A stretch of DNA of 64,000 nucleotides from Sedimentisphaerales bacterium (GCA_963666285.1 OY762711.1), one strand, 5' to 3'; positions 39,354-53,821 are shown, counted from the first letter of the stretch. Program-made: numbers and translations. The notes: generated by a model not told the origin, from the sequence alone.

Positions 39354-39986
39354 TTACTCCTCTGAATTTTCTTCCTGGCTGCCTTCGCTTTCATTGTTTT
39401 CCGGCTCGGTTATTTCCTGAACAGCTTTTGCTATTGAAACTTTGGCCGGACGTAGTGTCCGCTCGTTCATTTCATATCCAGCTGCCAGTTCCATGATAAC
39501 ATGGTTAGCTTCAACTTCGTCGGACTCAACATGCATCATAGCCTCATGCTTGGTAGGGTCAAAAGCACAGCCTTTTTCAACTGTGATCTTTCTCATACCG
39601 GCTGTTTTCAATGTGTCATACATGTGGTCATATACAATCTGCATTCCCTGCATGATAGATACAATGTCGCCGGTGTCTTTTCCTTTTTCCAGGGCATGCT
39701 CAAAATTATCCAGTACAGGCAGCAGATTTTTGATAATTCTCTCGGATGCAAAATCTGATGCCTGCTCAATCTGGCGTTCGGCACGTTTTTGATAATTTTG
39801 ATATTCAGCTGCCATACGCAGGAGCTTATCCTTCATTTCATCAACGGTTGGCTCCTGTTTTTCGACATTTTGTTCTGAATTTGAACTTTCATTATTGCAA
39901 GTTTGTTCTTCTTTGTTGATTTCGGTCTCTTCAACTACTTCCTGCTTCTTTTGTTCTTCTACTTTATTCTTAGCTTTCTTTTTCAT
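39354..39986 (-). CDS. grpE: Nucleotide exchange factor GrpE
   Basis: AEYQNYQKR, LLPVLDNFE, FDPTKHEA, GY....RTLRPAKV. Confidence 0.95.
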   Translation of the reverse strand: MKKKAKNKVEEQKKQEVVEETEINKEEQTCNNESSNSEQNVEKQEPTVDEMKDKLLRMAAEYQNYQKRAERQIEQASDFASERIIKNLLPVLDNFEHALEKGKDTGDIVSIMQGMQIVYDHMYDTLKTAGMRKITVEKGCAFDPTKHEAMMHVESDEVEANHVIMELAAGYEMNERTLRPAKVSIAKAVQEITEPENNESEGSQEENSEE

Positions 39987-40053
39987 AATCCATTTCCAGC
40001 TATAATAAGTCCTTTATTATTGTTTGCCTAAATTACCGTACCGGTTTCAAAGA

Positions 40054-41181
40054 CTAAAAATACTCTTTAAGTTTATCCAAAAACTTCTTACGCTCGGGCA
40101 TAACATTTTTGTGTTCTGTTTCAGCGTATTCTCTTAACAGTTTTTCCTGATCCTTACTTAGCTTTTCGGGTATTTCAATCAAAACCTGCACCATTAGTGA
40201 ACCTCTGCGTCCACTTCTCAGATTTGGCAGCCCCTGGGCTTTTAGTTCAATTACTTTGCCATACTGAGTTCCTTTGGGAACCTCAACTTCTATTTTGCCG
40301 CTCAATGTCGGTACTTCTATTTTAGCTCCTAACGCAGCCTGGGTGAAGCTGATAGGTACCCTTACAATCAGGTCATCATCCTGACGTTGGATAATCGGGT
40401 CTTCTTTTATTCGTACGTAGCAGTACAGGTCGCCGCGTGATCCGCCCAGAGAACCTGGTTCTCCTTCACCTGTTACTCTAACCGCCTGACCTTCTGCGAT
40501 TCCGGCTGGAAATTTAACAGCAAGTCTGCGTGTTTGATTCTCTGTTCCGCTGCCGCCGCACTTTTTGCATGGGTGGGTAACTGTTTTGCCTGCACCTTTA
40601 CAGGCAGGGCACGTTGTAACCATTCTGAACAGTCCGCCCATACCGCTTTGTGCAACCTGGCCCTGGCCTCCGCATTGACTGCATACCTGCAAATCATGAC
40701 CGGGTTCACAGCCGTTACCGCCGCAGGTGCTGCATACTTCGCGACGCCTGAATTCCAGTTCTTTTTCGACACCGATTAGAACTTCTTTGAGGGTCAGGTC
40801 AATTTGAGTTTCGATATTTGGACCACGCCGTGGCCTGTTTGCCTGGGCACGGCTTCTGCCGCGACCGCCGAATATGCCGCCGCCAAATATGTCGTCAAAC
40901 ATGCTGAAGATATCATCCATACCCATATGGGTATAATCATGCATCCCGGCGCCACGTAGTCCGTCATGGCCATACTGGTCGTAGCGAGCTTTTTTTTCTG
41001 CATCACTTAATACTTCGTAGGCCTCGGCACATTCCTTAAATTTGCGTTCTGCTTCTGCGTCACCAGGATTCTTGTCCGGGTGATACTTCAGGGCCATTCT
41101 GCGATAAGCACGCTTGCATTCTTCAGCGTTTGCATCCCGGTTTATCCCTAAAACCTCATAATAATCTCGCTTGGAACTCAT
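40054..41181 (-). CDS. dnaJ: Chaperone DnaJ
   Basis: J domain HPD, G/F region, four CxxCxGxG repeats. Confidence 0.97.
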   Translation of the reverse strand: MSSKRDYYEVLGINRDANAEECKRAYRRMALKYHPDKNPGDAEAERKFKECAEAYEVLSDAEKKARYDQYGHDGLRGAGMHDYTHMGMDDIFSMFDDIFGGGIFGGRGRSRAQANRPRRGPNIETQIDLTLKEVLIGVEKELEFRRREVCSTCGGNGCEPGHDLQVCSQCGGQGQVAQSGMGGLFRMVTTCPACKGAGKTVTHPCKKCGGSGTENQTRRLAVKFPAGIAEGQAVRVTGEGEPGSLGGSRGDLYCYVRIKEDPIIQRQDDDLIVRVPISFTQAALGAKIEVPTLSGKIEVEVPKGTQYGKVIELKAQGLPNLRSGRRGSLMVQVLIEIPEKLSKDQEKLLREYAETEHKNVMPERKKFLDKLKEYF

Positions 41182-41364
41182 TTCACAGCCCTTCGGTTAA
41201 ATAAGCAAATCTTTTTTGCGGGTAATTAAATCGCTGCATAATATATTTGCTCTATTTTTATATAACAACCGCAAACCACATTAGGTAATGCGGTTGCGGT
41301 CATTATTCTAAAATCTATAAATTATCTAATCATAAAGTCAGTTCTATCGCCTATCTTTATGTGA

Positions 41365-43011
<1,647 letters not shown>

Positions 43012-43052
43012 CTAAATATGAAAATATGATTTATACTCGGTTAGCTTTAAAC

Positions 43053-43340
43053 TTATTCAATTACTGCAAGAATATCTGACTCACGCAGGATAACATATTT
43101 TTCGCCGGAAATCTCTACTTCCGTACCTGAATACTTGCCGTAGAATACTTCATCACCTTTTTTGACGCTCAATGCAGCCCGTTCGCCGCTATCCAGGAGT
43201 TTGCCTGGGCCGAGAAATTCAACTTTGCCACGTTGTGGTTTTTCCTGGGCGCTGCCTGGCAGGACAATTCCGCCGGCTGTCATTGCTTCTGCTTCACACT
43301 GTTTTACGATTACTCTATCATCTAAAGGTTTAATAGCCAT
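43053..43340 (-). CDS. groES: Co-chaperonin GroES
   Basis: IKPLDDRV, GGIVLP.SAQEKP, YSGTEV, ESDILA. Confidence 0.97.
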   Translation of the reverse strand: MAIKPLDDRVIVKQCEAEAMTAGGIVLPGSAQEKPQRGKVEFLGPGKLLDSGERAALSVKKGDEVFYGKYSGTEVEISGEKYVILRESDILAVIE

Positions 43341-43409
43341 TGTATTTATCTCCGTTATATTTTTATGTTTGTTATATATTATTTGGTTTCAGTTTATTAT
43401 GGGCGTAGC

Positions 43410-45140
<1,731 letters not shown>

Positions 45141-45207
45141 TTAAGTACTTATATCATTTTTACGGTAGTGTGTCCGAATGTATGCACATCCTGACGACTA
45201 TCTTACA

Positions 45208-45223
45208 TGCAAGATTTATGCCA
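45208..45223 (-). promoter_or_regulatory. Sigma-54 -24/-12 promoter of the chaperone operon
   Basis: Minus strand TGGCATAAATCTTGCA = GG-N10-GC, about 105 bp upstream of groEL. Confidence 0.7.
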
Positions 45224-45310
45224 TTTGTGGCTTGTAGTCTAACTCTTTGTTAAGTGCTTTGTATGCAATAGATTACGCATATTAGTGAAATGTTGCCCTT
45301 CATTTAGGTA

Positions 45311-45355
45311 CTGCCATACTGACAATCTGTCACCTGACTCTGCCACATGTGGCAG
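45311..45355. promoter_or_regulatory. Putative enhancer-binding-protein sites (TGNCA boxes)
   Basis: TGCCA-N3-TGACA-N3-TGTCA and palindrome CTGCCACATGTGGCAG, 90-130 bp upstream of the -24 element. Confidence 0.55.
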
Positions 45356-45608
45356 GAAGCTATAAACCGGCATATATGGGGGATTAAAATTTGATTTGAT
45401 ATACCGAAAATGCTATAGTTTAAGTTATTCTTTTAAGGAATTATGCAAAGGGGATCTTAATAAACAGCCTTTTGAGTTCAAATTTACTATTTATAGGTGT
45501 GTGCCTTAATTCGTTATTTTATAATGTGTTATATTTTTTTGTTTTTTGGACTCTAAATTACTCATTATTATGGGTTTATAAATATAGGTGACCACTGGAA
45601 ATTGCTTC

Positions 45609-45734
45609 TGATGCGATAGTTTAAGATTTTGGTTGCTGACAAGGAACATAAAATCGTGCATATTGTGCTATATTCACTGTTTTATGTGACGCATGTCAGC
45701 AGGCAAAAGTAAAACTAGTCGCTCAAAATGAATT
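45609..45734 (+). repeat. ~125-bp palindromic element P, copy 1
   Basis: TGCTGACA...ACATAAAA...TTTTATGT...TGTCAGCA; its reverse complement recurs at 56243-56370. Confidence 0.85.
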
Positions 45735-45814
45735 TTAAGTGGTTGCCAATATACAGAGTACTATCGCACATAGAGAGAAAAGAAAATATTACCCTATCAG
45801 TCAAGGAAATCCTG

Positions 45815-48754
45815 ATGTGTCAGTTACCGTTGAGGAAATTAGTTATTGTTTCTGCTTTTGCAGCTTATATATGTTTATCATCAATTGCTTTAGCAGATGT
45901 TGTCTGGTCCGATGAATTTGATGGTGATACTATTGATTTAAACAAATGGACCTATGATGTTGGTACCGGCAGCTGGGGTTGGGGCAACGGAGAACTGGAA
46001 AATTACACAGCACGCTCTGAAAATGCATATATTGAAGATGGCAGCCTTGTAATCGAGGCCAGGCGCGAAAATTATAATGGCAGCTCTTTTACTTCGGCTC
46101 GCCTCAAAACCATTGGCCGTATGTCTTTTACCTATGGTACCCTTGAAGCAAGAATAAAAATACCAGACCTTGCAAACGGTCTCTGGCCGGCATTCTGGCT
46201 GCTTGGGGACAATATTGGATCACAGGGATGGCCGAAATGTGGTGAGGTTGATATTCTTGAAATGGGCATGGCCGAAGCAATTTCTGCCGGCACGCAAAAT
46301 AAACGACATAATTCTGGTGCGTTCTGGGACTATCAGGACAATCTTGCCAATTATGCTCTGGCTGTAAATGCCCCGGCTGTTCTTAACGATGATTATCATC
46401 TATACAAGCTTGAATGGTCTCCAAATGCTTTAATTGCATATGTTGATAATGTTCAGTGTTGGGCAATGACAATAAATAATCCGGAATCGAGCAGCCTTGA
46501 AGAATTTCACAGGCCTATGCATATACTGCTAAATCTTGCTGTTGGCGGTCAGAACTTTGTTGATATAACTGACCCTGCAGCAATAACGGCTCCATTGCCT
46601 GCCAGGATGTATATTGACTGGGTTAGGCTTTCTGATAATGGTTTTACTCAGCTGCAAACAGACAATACTGTGGAACATGGCAATTTTGGAATCTTTACCG
46701 AAACTACTTCTGTCGAAAATCAGGTTAATTACGGTACCGATGCCGATCTTTATATATGGAACAATATGAATGCTGCTGAAGATACACCTTTTGAAGGTGA
46801 TAAAGCCTGGGCATTTAGTGTTGCTGCCGGTAATTGGTGGGGGATGGGCGTTGCATGCTCGGTTGACCGCAATATGAATAATTATTCTGATGGTTATCTT
46901 CATCTGAATATGAAAACTGCTTCAACCCAAACATTCAGGATTGGCATTAGCAGTACTGCTGCCGGAGAAGGATGGCTGAGTTTCGTTGATGGTGCTGAGC
47001 AGTTCGGTTTGGTTCGCGATGGTAGCTGGCATGAAGTACTTATTCCGTTGAATCGGTTCGCCAATGTTGACTTTCCTACTATTAACCAGCTTTTCATGAT
47101 CGCCGGTGATAGCGGCTCGGCATTTGATATCGCTTTTGATAATGTTTACTGGAGTGAAAGTCTGCCGCGGCCGGTACCGGCAAACGGCAGTTATGGTATT
47201 TTCACCGAAAATTCTGGGCATCAGGATGCAGGGGCCTTTGAACTTGGGTCTGATGGCAATTTCTTTATCTGGGAAAACACTCTCGTTGCTGCTTCCGGTT
47301 CTCCTTTCGATGGTGAAAATTCCATTGCCTTGCAGTCAGCTCCGGGGCTCAGTTGGTTTGGGGCTGCTTTTACTGCCAATATCAAACACAATTTGACCGC
47401 ATTTCGCTATCCGGAAAGTCGCCTGCATTTTGCTATGAAAACCAGTTCTACCGCTTCCTTCCAGGTTGGAATCAAAAGTGGCAATGTCGATGATATCGGT
47501 CAAAAATGGATTACTTTCCAGAATGGTAACGACCCGTACGGATTCGCCAGGGATGGCAATTGGCATGAAATAGATATTCCAATGTCTGATATTGCCGGTG
47601 ATGTGGATCTTTCTCAGGTTAGCCAGATTTTTGAAATTCTCGGCGTCTCTGGCCCTATCGGTGCATTCGAAATTGATGATATATGTTTTACTGGTGGTGG
47701 CGAACCGATTCTGGATGATTCCGAATCTAATAGATTGCCAACTGTTTCTATTACCTGTCCCATCGACAATGCAGTATTTGCTCCTGCTTCTGATATAATT
47801 ATTAATGCTTCGGCAAGCGATATCGACGGCGTTGTGACTAAGGTGGAATTCTATGAAGGGGACAAATTACTGGCAGCTGATTATACCGAACCCTATTCTT
47901 TTACATGGCAGAATGTTGTTGAAGGTACCTATACAATTACTGCAAAGGCAACTGATGATGAAGATGCTGTAACGACTTCATCTTCTGTTAGAGTTTTCGT
48001 TGGAAATCAAGAATTGGCTGCTATTGAAATTTCACCTTTGCACTGTTCGCTTTCTGTTGGAGATACTGAGCAGTTTACGGCATCGGGACTCGATCAGTAT
48101 AATTTGCCTGTTGCTGCTGATATTGCCTGGTCTGTTTCTGGTGGTGGTTCGATAGATAATGATGGTTTGTTTACCGCTTCTTATCCCGGCGGACCTTTTG
48201 TGATCACTGCAAAATCTGGTAGTGTTACTGCTAATGTAAATGTTACTGTTTCTATGCCGGCCGGGGTATGTACCGGTGGACCGGCAAACGGTGATTATAC
48301 TTATGAAGTTAGTGGAGATAATGAAAACCCGACTTTTACTTTTATTCCTGGCTATACCGGTGTTGGCGACAGCCTTGTGCTTCTTTATTACGGTAATACA
48401 CAGAATGGAGTTTTCCCTGGTGTATTCGTTAAGCCTAACAAGCCTTATTCTCTTACTGCTGCCGAAGGAGAGACTGTCTATTTCTACTATACCTACAGTG
48501 TTCCCGAGGGTGGTCAGCGAAATACATCCAATGAACGTCATTTCATAACTGTCGGCCAGTGTGGCGGCGCTGTTTCTGGTGATATTACTGGCGATGGATA
48601 TATTGATCTGGATGATCTTGGCATGCTGGCTTATTACTGGCTCAGGTCGGATTGTAACATAAATAATGATTATTGTCTCGGTGCTGATACTCAACCGGAC
48701 AGCAAAGTTAACCTGTTGGATTTGGCTTCTATTTCTGCTGCCTGGCTTCAATAA
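45815..48754 (+). CDS. Secreted multimodular GH16 beta-1,3-glucanase/laminarinase-like protein (GH16, two tandem CBM-like repeats, Ig-like domains, dockerin-like tail)
   Basis: WSDEFDG, WGNGELE.Y, SARL, WPAFW, EVDILE, NLAVGG; ATG 45815 follows AAGGA (the ORF-track start 45728 lies in element P). Confidence 0.88.
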   Translation: MCQLPLRKLVIVSAFAAYICLSSIALADVVWSDEFDGDTIDLNKWTYDVGTGSWGWGNGELENYTARSENAYIEDGSLVIEARRENYNGSSFTSARLKTIGRMSFTYGTLEARIKIPDLANGLWPAFWLLGDNIGSQGWPKCGEVDILEMGMAEAISAGTQNKRHNSGAFWDYQDNLANYALAVNAPAVLNDDYHLYKLEWSPNALIAYVDNVQCWAMTINNPESSSLEEFHRPMHILLNLAVGGQNFVDITDPAAITAPLPARMYIDWVRLSDNGFTQLQTDNTVEHGNFGIFTETTSVENQVNYGTDADLYIWNNMNAAEDTPFEGDKAWAFSVAAGNWWGMGVACSVDRNMNNYSDGYLHLNMKTASTQTFRIGISSTAAGEGWLSFVDGAEQFGLVRDGSWHEVLIPLNRFANVDFPTINQLFMIAGDSGSAFDIAFDNVYWSESLPRPVPANGSYGIFTENSGHQDAGAFELGSDGNFFIWENTLVAASGSPFDGENSIALQSAPGLSWFGAAFTANIKHNLTAFRYPESRLHFAMKTSSTASFQVGIKSGNVDDIGQKWITFQNGNDPYGFARDGNWHEIDIPMSDIAGDVDLSQVSQIFEILGVSGPIGAFEIDDICFTGGGEPILDDSESNRLPTVSITCPIDNAVFAPASDIIINASASDIDGVVTKVEFYEGDKLLAADYTEPYSFTWQNVVEGTYTITAKATDDEDAVTTSSSVRVFVGNQELAAIEISPLHCSLSVGDTEQFTASGLDQYNLPVAADIAWSVSGGGSIDNDGLFTASYPGGPFVITAKSGSVTANVNVTVSMPAGVCTGGPANGDYTYEVSGDNENPTFTFIPGYTGVGDSLVLLYYGNTQNGVFPGVFVKPNKPYSLTAAEGETVYFYYTYSVPEGGQRNTSNERHFITVGQCGGAVSGDITGDGYIDLDDLGMLAYYWLRSDCNINNDYCLGADTQPDSKVNLLDLASISAAWLQ

Positions 48755-49081
48755 CTGGAATTTGTCAGAAAACTTCCTTTTATCCATATCCTGCTCAATC
48801 TAAACCTTTTCTTCCGTAAGTCATTGGATTTTTTGTGTTTATGCCAGTTGTCTACGGCTTTTGCTCTACCTTGATTTCTTTTTTCGATTTTTCAGGTGCA
48901 TTTTTCTACATTTAGCGCAGATACACTATATAGAGAGAGATTATATGTGTGATTATTGGACCTGTCGCTGGAGCTCCATATCAACTGCATATAGTCTATT
49001 CTTTATTATCATGCCGTATTTGGATATTTGTATCTTTCATATTGAAATAAAGCTGAAGAGATTTTGGAAAGGTTAGAAGAG

Positions 49082-52000
49082 ATGAATTATATCAGAAATG
49101 TATTGGCCGTTGCGCTCGTTTCAGGATTTTTCCTGTTAAGTACGGCAATGGGAGCTATTACGTATATTGATGCTGAGCTTGGTAATACCACAGTTAATGG
49201 TGAAGCTCTTTCTAAAGGTGTAAATTATTCTACCAGCTACGCTGATATTGATAATTTGTGGGGGTGGCGTACTAATCGAACAGATGTTAATGGTGCTGGT
49301 GTATGGGTAAGTGACGGTGGTTCTGATGGTAGTGTGTCTGATCGGGAAAATACCGAACCTCTTAAAATTAATATTTCTCTTCCGCAGCCGGGAATCTATA
49401 AACTTTATGCTATTATTATGAACAATAACAGCGGTTCAGGCCATTGGGATGTTGCCGCTCGCATTGGTGATTCTGGTTACTTTTCTTCTTATAATAAATA
49501 CAATGATGCTGTATCTAAGGCAATTGCGTCTGACTTTATCGGCACTGTAAAAGTTTCCGGCAGTGGTGATATGACTTTCAAAGTTATGATTGGTACATAT
49601 TCTGCACATACCGCTAATGAGATTGTTAGTATATATATAAATGGATTGGACGGCTGGGACACTCAGACCGGGCTGGACCAGAGAACTCGCTTTGATGGCT
49701 TAGGCTATGAGAAAGTTTCTGATTTGCAGCCGTTCGCTCAAAATGTATTTCCTGCTGATGGCACAAATGATGTGTTAAGTGTTAATCCGGTACTGCAATG
49801 GCTGGCTGGTAACGATGCTGCCGGTCATAATGTCTATCTAAGCACTGATATGGATTCTGTTGAATTTCGTAGTGATATAAATGCAAGTACTGTTGTTGAT
49901 ATGGCGGATCTTGCTTTATTGGCTTCTGATTGGCAGAAAAGCTCAGCTCTGGCTTCCGGCTCTTCAGATTTAGATCAATCAGGTACTATCGATATTGGTG
50001 ATCTTTCCGTTCTGGCAGTTGACTGGCTTGCATCCGCCGGGATTACCTTAAAAGGTTCATTCCCTTTAGCAACAAATACTTTTGATGCCGGTCTGCTTTC
50101 TCCCGACCAGACTTATTACTGGCGAATCGATGAAGTTGGCAGTCAGGATATTACAAAGGGTGATATCTGGGAATTCAAAACTTTCAAAGGTGATGGTTTA
50201 ACAGCATATATATATGATGATATGTACCTGAGTGACTTAAAGGTTACTCGGGTTGATAGCCGGGTTAGTTTTAACTGGGCCCAGGGGTCGCCCGATCCGT
50301 CTGTTGATAGCGAAACTTTTTCAATTGCCTGGAAAGGCGGAGTTATTGTCCCGGAAGAAGGTGAATATACTTTTTATACTAATTCGGATGACGGATTAAG
50401 GCTTTATGTTAATGATTTGCTTATTATTGATCACTGGTCTGGTCAAAGCCTGACCGAACACAGCGGCAATGTTTTTCTCAGGCCGGGAACAGTCTATCCT
50501 ATTCGCCTCGAATATTATGATAACACTGGTTCTGCTGCTATGTATTTGTCATGGTCTGGACCTGGCATAACCAAGCAGATTATTCCTTCTGAATACCTCG
50601 CTTCAACAGTAGCTGAAGTTCGGCCAAATGATATGTGGGTCATCGATTTGGGGTCGATGCCTACTGCGATGCGTTTTACCGCTCTCACCTTGCAAGGTCT
50701 GGTAGCAAAAGATAAGCCTGAGATTCTTGTCAAGCAGGGCGGTTTGACAAGTTATATCAGGACTCAAATGGAGCAGGAGGGAACTGTTTTTCATGACAAC
50801 ACCTCGGTATGGTGGCTCTTGAATAAATACAGAGACTATATTGATGGTATTGTTGTTTGCAGTTCGGACTTGAACAGTATAAACTGCGCCACATCTCTTT
50901 GCGGCCCGATGCGTGCGATTGGTGTATATGCATCTAATCTTGAAGCAGTCCAGGCTCGTACCGGATTACCTGTTCTGGCTGATGTTCAGGGTCTCTCTGA
51001 AGCTGATATTTTTGAAACTTATAAAGACCTATTTGATAAGGAAGTGCTTGTTGATGTCAACAAGATTGATTTCCTGCGAGATATTTCAATCACTCGAAAT
51101 GCATTCACCTTTTATAATGTTGAATCTGCTGCTCGCAGGCAATATATTGCTGATCTAACTTCTCAGGGACTTGTTCTGGGTTGGGGCAGCAACGCCGAGT
51201 ATAACTGGATAAAAGATGTCAGCTCTGCTAATGCAGCTGGTGTCCCTGCTGACTGGTGTAAGAATCTTTCTACCCTGTCAAAACTTAAAACTTCGATTCC
51301 AAAGCCGCCGCGTAGGTATCCTGAACCGGTTAAAGATGGTGAACGAATTATCGCTTTCTCGATGAGTGATGGTGATAATCTGCAAATTATGGCTGGTGGC
51401 GCTATAAATGATAATATTTTCTTTGGTAACGAACATCGCGGTTCATTCCCAATGTCGTGGGAATTCCCGCCTTCTATGGGATATTTTGTTCCAAGAGGTG
51501 TTCGCAGTTTCTATGGCGAAGCAACTACTGGCGAAAATCTTGATTGCTTTATTGCCGGGCCGAGTGGTGCCGGTTATGCTTTCCACTGCTATATGCCGGG
51601 TAGTCATACATTTGCAAAAAATACCGGCCAATCTATGAAATTATGTGGTCTTACTGTTGCTTCTCTTATCAATGATAATAGTGGTAGCATGGCTGATACT
51701 GACCAGTTCCTTGAACGACCTGAAATAATGGGTGTTGTTTATAAGGACTGGGTTCCTTATAACAGGCGAAACGGTGCCATATACTGGCACAACGGAAAAC
51801 CATGCGTCTCTTACAAGTTTTTGTTGTGGGGCGGCACGGTTGGCGATCCATCTAACTTAGGTGACTGGGAAACAGTTTCCGAAGGGATTGCCGCCATGCC
51901 ATCTTCTCCTGCAACTGATCAGGGCAGTTATGCCCTCATAAATGCTAATGCCTGGTCTTTCGGCGATTATGGCGGTCCGATGCAGGCTATTGTTAACACA

Positions 52001-52111
52001 ATTGAATTGTTACCGGAAAATACCAGGTTAGTTACCGTCGAAGAGCTTATTATTCTTCTTCGCAATAACTTCGGTGACTCAATTACGGAAGAGGAATATT
52101 TGGGTATGTAA
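49082..52111 (+). CDS. Secreted GxGYxYP-family putative glycoside hydrolase with PA14 and dockerin-like domains
   Basis: PA14 (FSIAW.G, SDDG.RL, IRLEYY), LQGLVA, SDGDNLQ, GPSGAGY; signal peptide from ATG 49082. Confidence 0.8.
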   Translation: MNYIRNVLAVALVSGFFLLSTAMGAITYIDAELGNTTVNGEALSKGVNYSTSYADIDNLWGWRTNRTDVNGAGVWVSDGGSDGSVSDRENTEPLKINISLPQPGIYKLYAIIMNNNSGSGHWDVAARIGDSGYFSSYNKYNDAVSKAIASDFIGTVKVSGSGDMTFKVMIGTYSAHTANEIVSIYINGLDGWDTQTGLDQRTRFDGLGYEKVSDLQPFAQNVFPADGTNDVLSVNPVLQWLAGNDAAGHNVYLSTDMDSVEFRSDINASTVVDMADLALLASDWQKSSALASGSSDLDQSGTIDIGDLSVLAVDWLASAGITLKGSFPLATNTFDAGLLSPDQTYYWRIDEVGSQDITKGDIWEFKTFKGDGLTAYIYDDMYLSDLKVTRVDSRVSFNWAQGSPDPSVDSETFSIAWKGGVIVPEEGEYTFYTNSDDGLRLYVNDLLIIDHWSGQSLTEHSGNVFLRPGTVYPIRLEYYDNTGSAAMYLSWSGPGITKQIIPSEYLASTVAEVRPNDMWVIDLGSMPTAMRFTALTLQGLVAKDKPEILVKQGGLTSYIRTQMEQEGTVFHDNTSVWWLLNKYRDYIDGIVVCSSDLNSINCATSLCGPMRAIGVYASNLEAVQARTGLPVLADVQGLSEADIFETYKDLFDKEVLVDVNKIDFLRDISITRNAFTFYNVESAARRQYIADLTSQGLVLGWGSNAEYNWIKDVSSANAAGVPADWCKNLSTLSKLKTSIPKPPRRYPEPVKDGERIIAFSMSDGDNLQIMAGGAINDNIFFGNEHRGSFPMSWEFPPSMGYFVPRGVRSFYGEATTGENLDCFIAGPSGAGYAFHCYMPGSHTFAKNTGQSMKLCGLTVASLINDNSGSMADTDQFLERPEIMGVVYKDWVPYNRRNGAIYWHNGKPCVSYKFLLWGGTVGDPSNLGDWETVSEGIAAMPSSPATDQGSYALINANAWSFGDYGGPMQAIVNTIELLPENTRLVTVEELIILLRNNFGDSITEEEYLGM

Positions 52112-52181
52112 TTTTAGCAAAGGTTTTTTGTAATCGCCAATTTAAATAGTACCACACATTATTTTAGCGACTACAATACTG

Positions 52182-52217
52182 GCGAGGTAATGGATACGTT
52201 CATGCCTCGCTTTTTTT
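52182..52217 (+). terminator. Rho-independent terminator
   Basis: GCGAGGTA...TGCCTCGC followed by T7. Confidence 0.7.
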
Positions 52218-52384
52218 ATTAATTTACCATCTTTTTCTTCATTGACATTTTTGCTGTAATTAGTATTTTAGTATTACAGTATCGTAGTATCGTACAGTAA
52301 TATTTGAACAATAAACTTTATTTGACTTAAATTTTATTATATTTATACTGTCAAGTCTATTAATTTTGAACACAAGTATTATTT

Positions 52385-52458
52385 GCGTCAGTAGCTCAGC
52401 TGGATAGAGTACCGGATTTCTAATCCGGCGGTCACAGGTTCGAATTCTGTCTGACGTG
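52385..52458 (+). tRNA. tRNA-Arg (anticodon TCT), CCA not encoded
   Basis: Acceptor GCGTCAG/CTGACGT, D arm GCTC..GAGT, anticodon arm CCGGA-TTTCTAA-TCCGG, T loop GGTTCGAAT. Confidence 0.93.
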
Positions 52459-52465
52459 TTTCATC

Positions 52466-52521
52466 AAAGCCCTGTTTTTGACCTAAAATCGCTGATTTTG
52501 GTTCAGAGTCAGGGCTTTTTT
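52466..52521 (+). terminator. Long terminator hairpin after the tRNA
   Basis: AAAGCCCTG...CAGGGCTTTTTT. Confidence 0.7.
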
Positions 52522-52553
52522 AATATCAATTATTCAGTTTTTATTGAGCGTTG

Positions 52554-53187
52554 TTTATATTTAAGACGAAGTTTTCGTCGTTGTTAAGTTTTATCGAGAG
52601 CTGGTTTTTGCTGGTTCTCATTTTTTGTCGGCTCTCTACTGTTGGACGGTATGTCGAAAGTGCGCTGATTTTTTTGGTGTGATGGTTGGCTTGGAAGTTT
52701 GTAAAGTGTTGAGGAGAAGCGGGATAATGATTTTGGAATAATTATATTTTCGCGTTTTGGTGGATGTAAAAACGCGGTGATTTTTTCAAAGAAAAAATCA
52801 AGTGAAGAATTACGGTGTTGCTTCGCGACGACTAATTGATGGGTAACGGAGGGTGTGCGGGATATATACGGGGAAACGCGGCGGGTGGACGGCGGCGAAA
52901 AGAGGTACGTATTTGAACGGTGGTGAATTGCAGGCTGCGGACAATATACGGCGGGACGTTGAATGGTTACGGCGGTATACGGCGGTATACGGACGGGAAC
53001 GGAGCGGAAACGCGACGAGCTACGCTAAATGAAAAATGAATAATTAAAAGTGAAAAATTAAGGTGTTCGCCTAGCGGCTCACAACTTGTTTAAAATTAGA
53101 ACAGATGACAGTGGAACAGTAGGAAGATAAAAACGTGCTTTGCGCTCTGGCACATCATTGGAAAAGTCCAATGATGTGAAGGTAGCG
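52554..53187 (+). repeat. Long structured non-coding element, copy B
   Basis: Inverted homologue of 17435-18127; carries an extra 10-bp GGCGGTATAC duplication. Confidence 0.9.
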
Positions 53188-53440
53188 TCTAACGGCGAAG
53201 CTATTTTTATGTGTTGATGTATAAGTGAAAACAATAAGCGAAGTTAAACGGGCAGGCCTCGGAGGTAATGCGGCGGGCAGGGGATTTTGAGGAATTTGGC
53301 GTAAGTTGCTTTTTTTTGAGATTGGGCGGACCAGATGCCGTGAAGCGGCATCAAAGTGTAAAGGGTAAAATAAAAGGTGTAAAGGAGGTGTTCGCCTGGC
53401 GGCTCACGACTTGTTTTTAAGCTGACGCGTAAGGTAAGTT

Positions 53441-53490
53441 CATGCCAGAATTGAGGCATTTTAAACATGCCAGAATTGAGGCATTTTAAA
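53441..53490 (+). repeat. Perfect 25-bp tandem duplication
   Basis: (CATGCCAGAATTGAGGCATTTTAAA)x2. Confidence 0.9.
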
Positions 53491-53821
53491 GATGAGAAGA
53501 GTTAGAAGAAAGAAGCGAGGAGAAAGAGTTTAAGTTCAATGAGGGGCGGCAAGCTTGGCTAAGTGAATAATTCAGGTGGCTGCATTTGCGGACGGCTTGT
53601 ATTAGTGCCGGTGTGTACGAAGGCTTATGCCTAAATTGTTGAGGCAGAAGACATTTGAAAAATCTGTTTTCTAGTTGAGGTTGTAACTGTTTTAGGGGCA
53701 AGGGGTTGCGTGGTTTAAATGTGAATTCTTGTGAATGTTTTTTAAAAATAATATTTTCTTTGCATAAATTTCCCGTTATAGAGAACTATTAAATTTAGAA
53801 GAAACTGAAAAAGGAAATTTT

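Noticed and set aside
52858..53031. Short reading GIYTGKRGGW...NIRRDVEWLRRYT in the G-rich core, as a possible integrase relic
   Set aside because: No convincing catalytic motif, and the frame differs between copies; cannot be supported without BLASTx
53441..53490. Possible CRISPR remnant
   Set aside because: Two abutting units with no spacer, and no cas genes in the window
52385..53800. Prophage or integrative element at tRNA-Arg
   Set aside because: No integrase and no duplicated tRNA 3' end seen in the window
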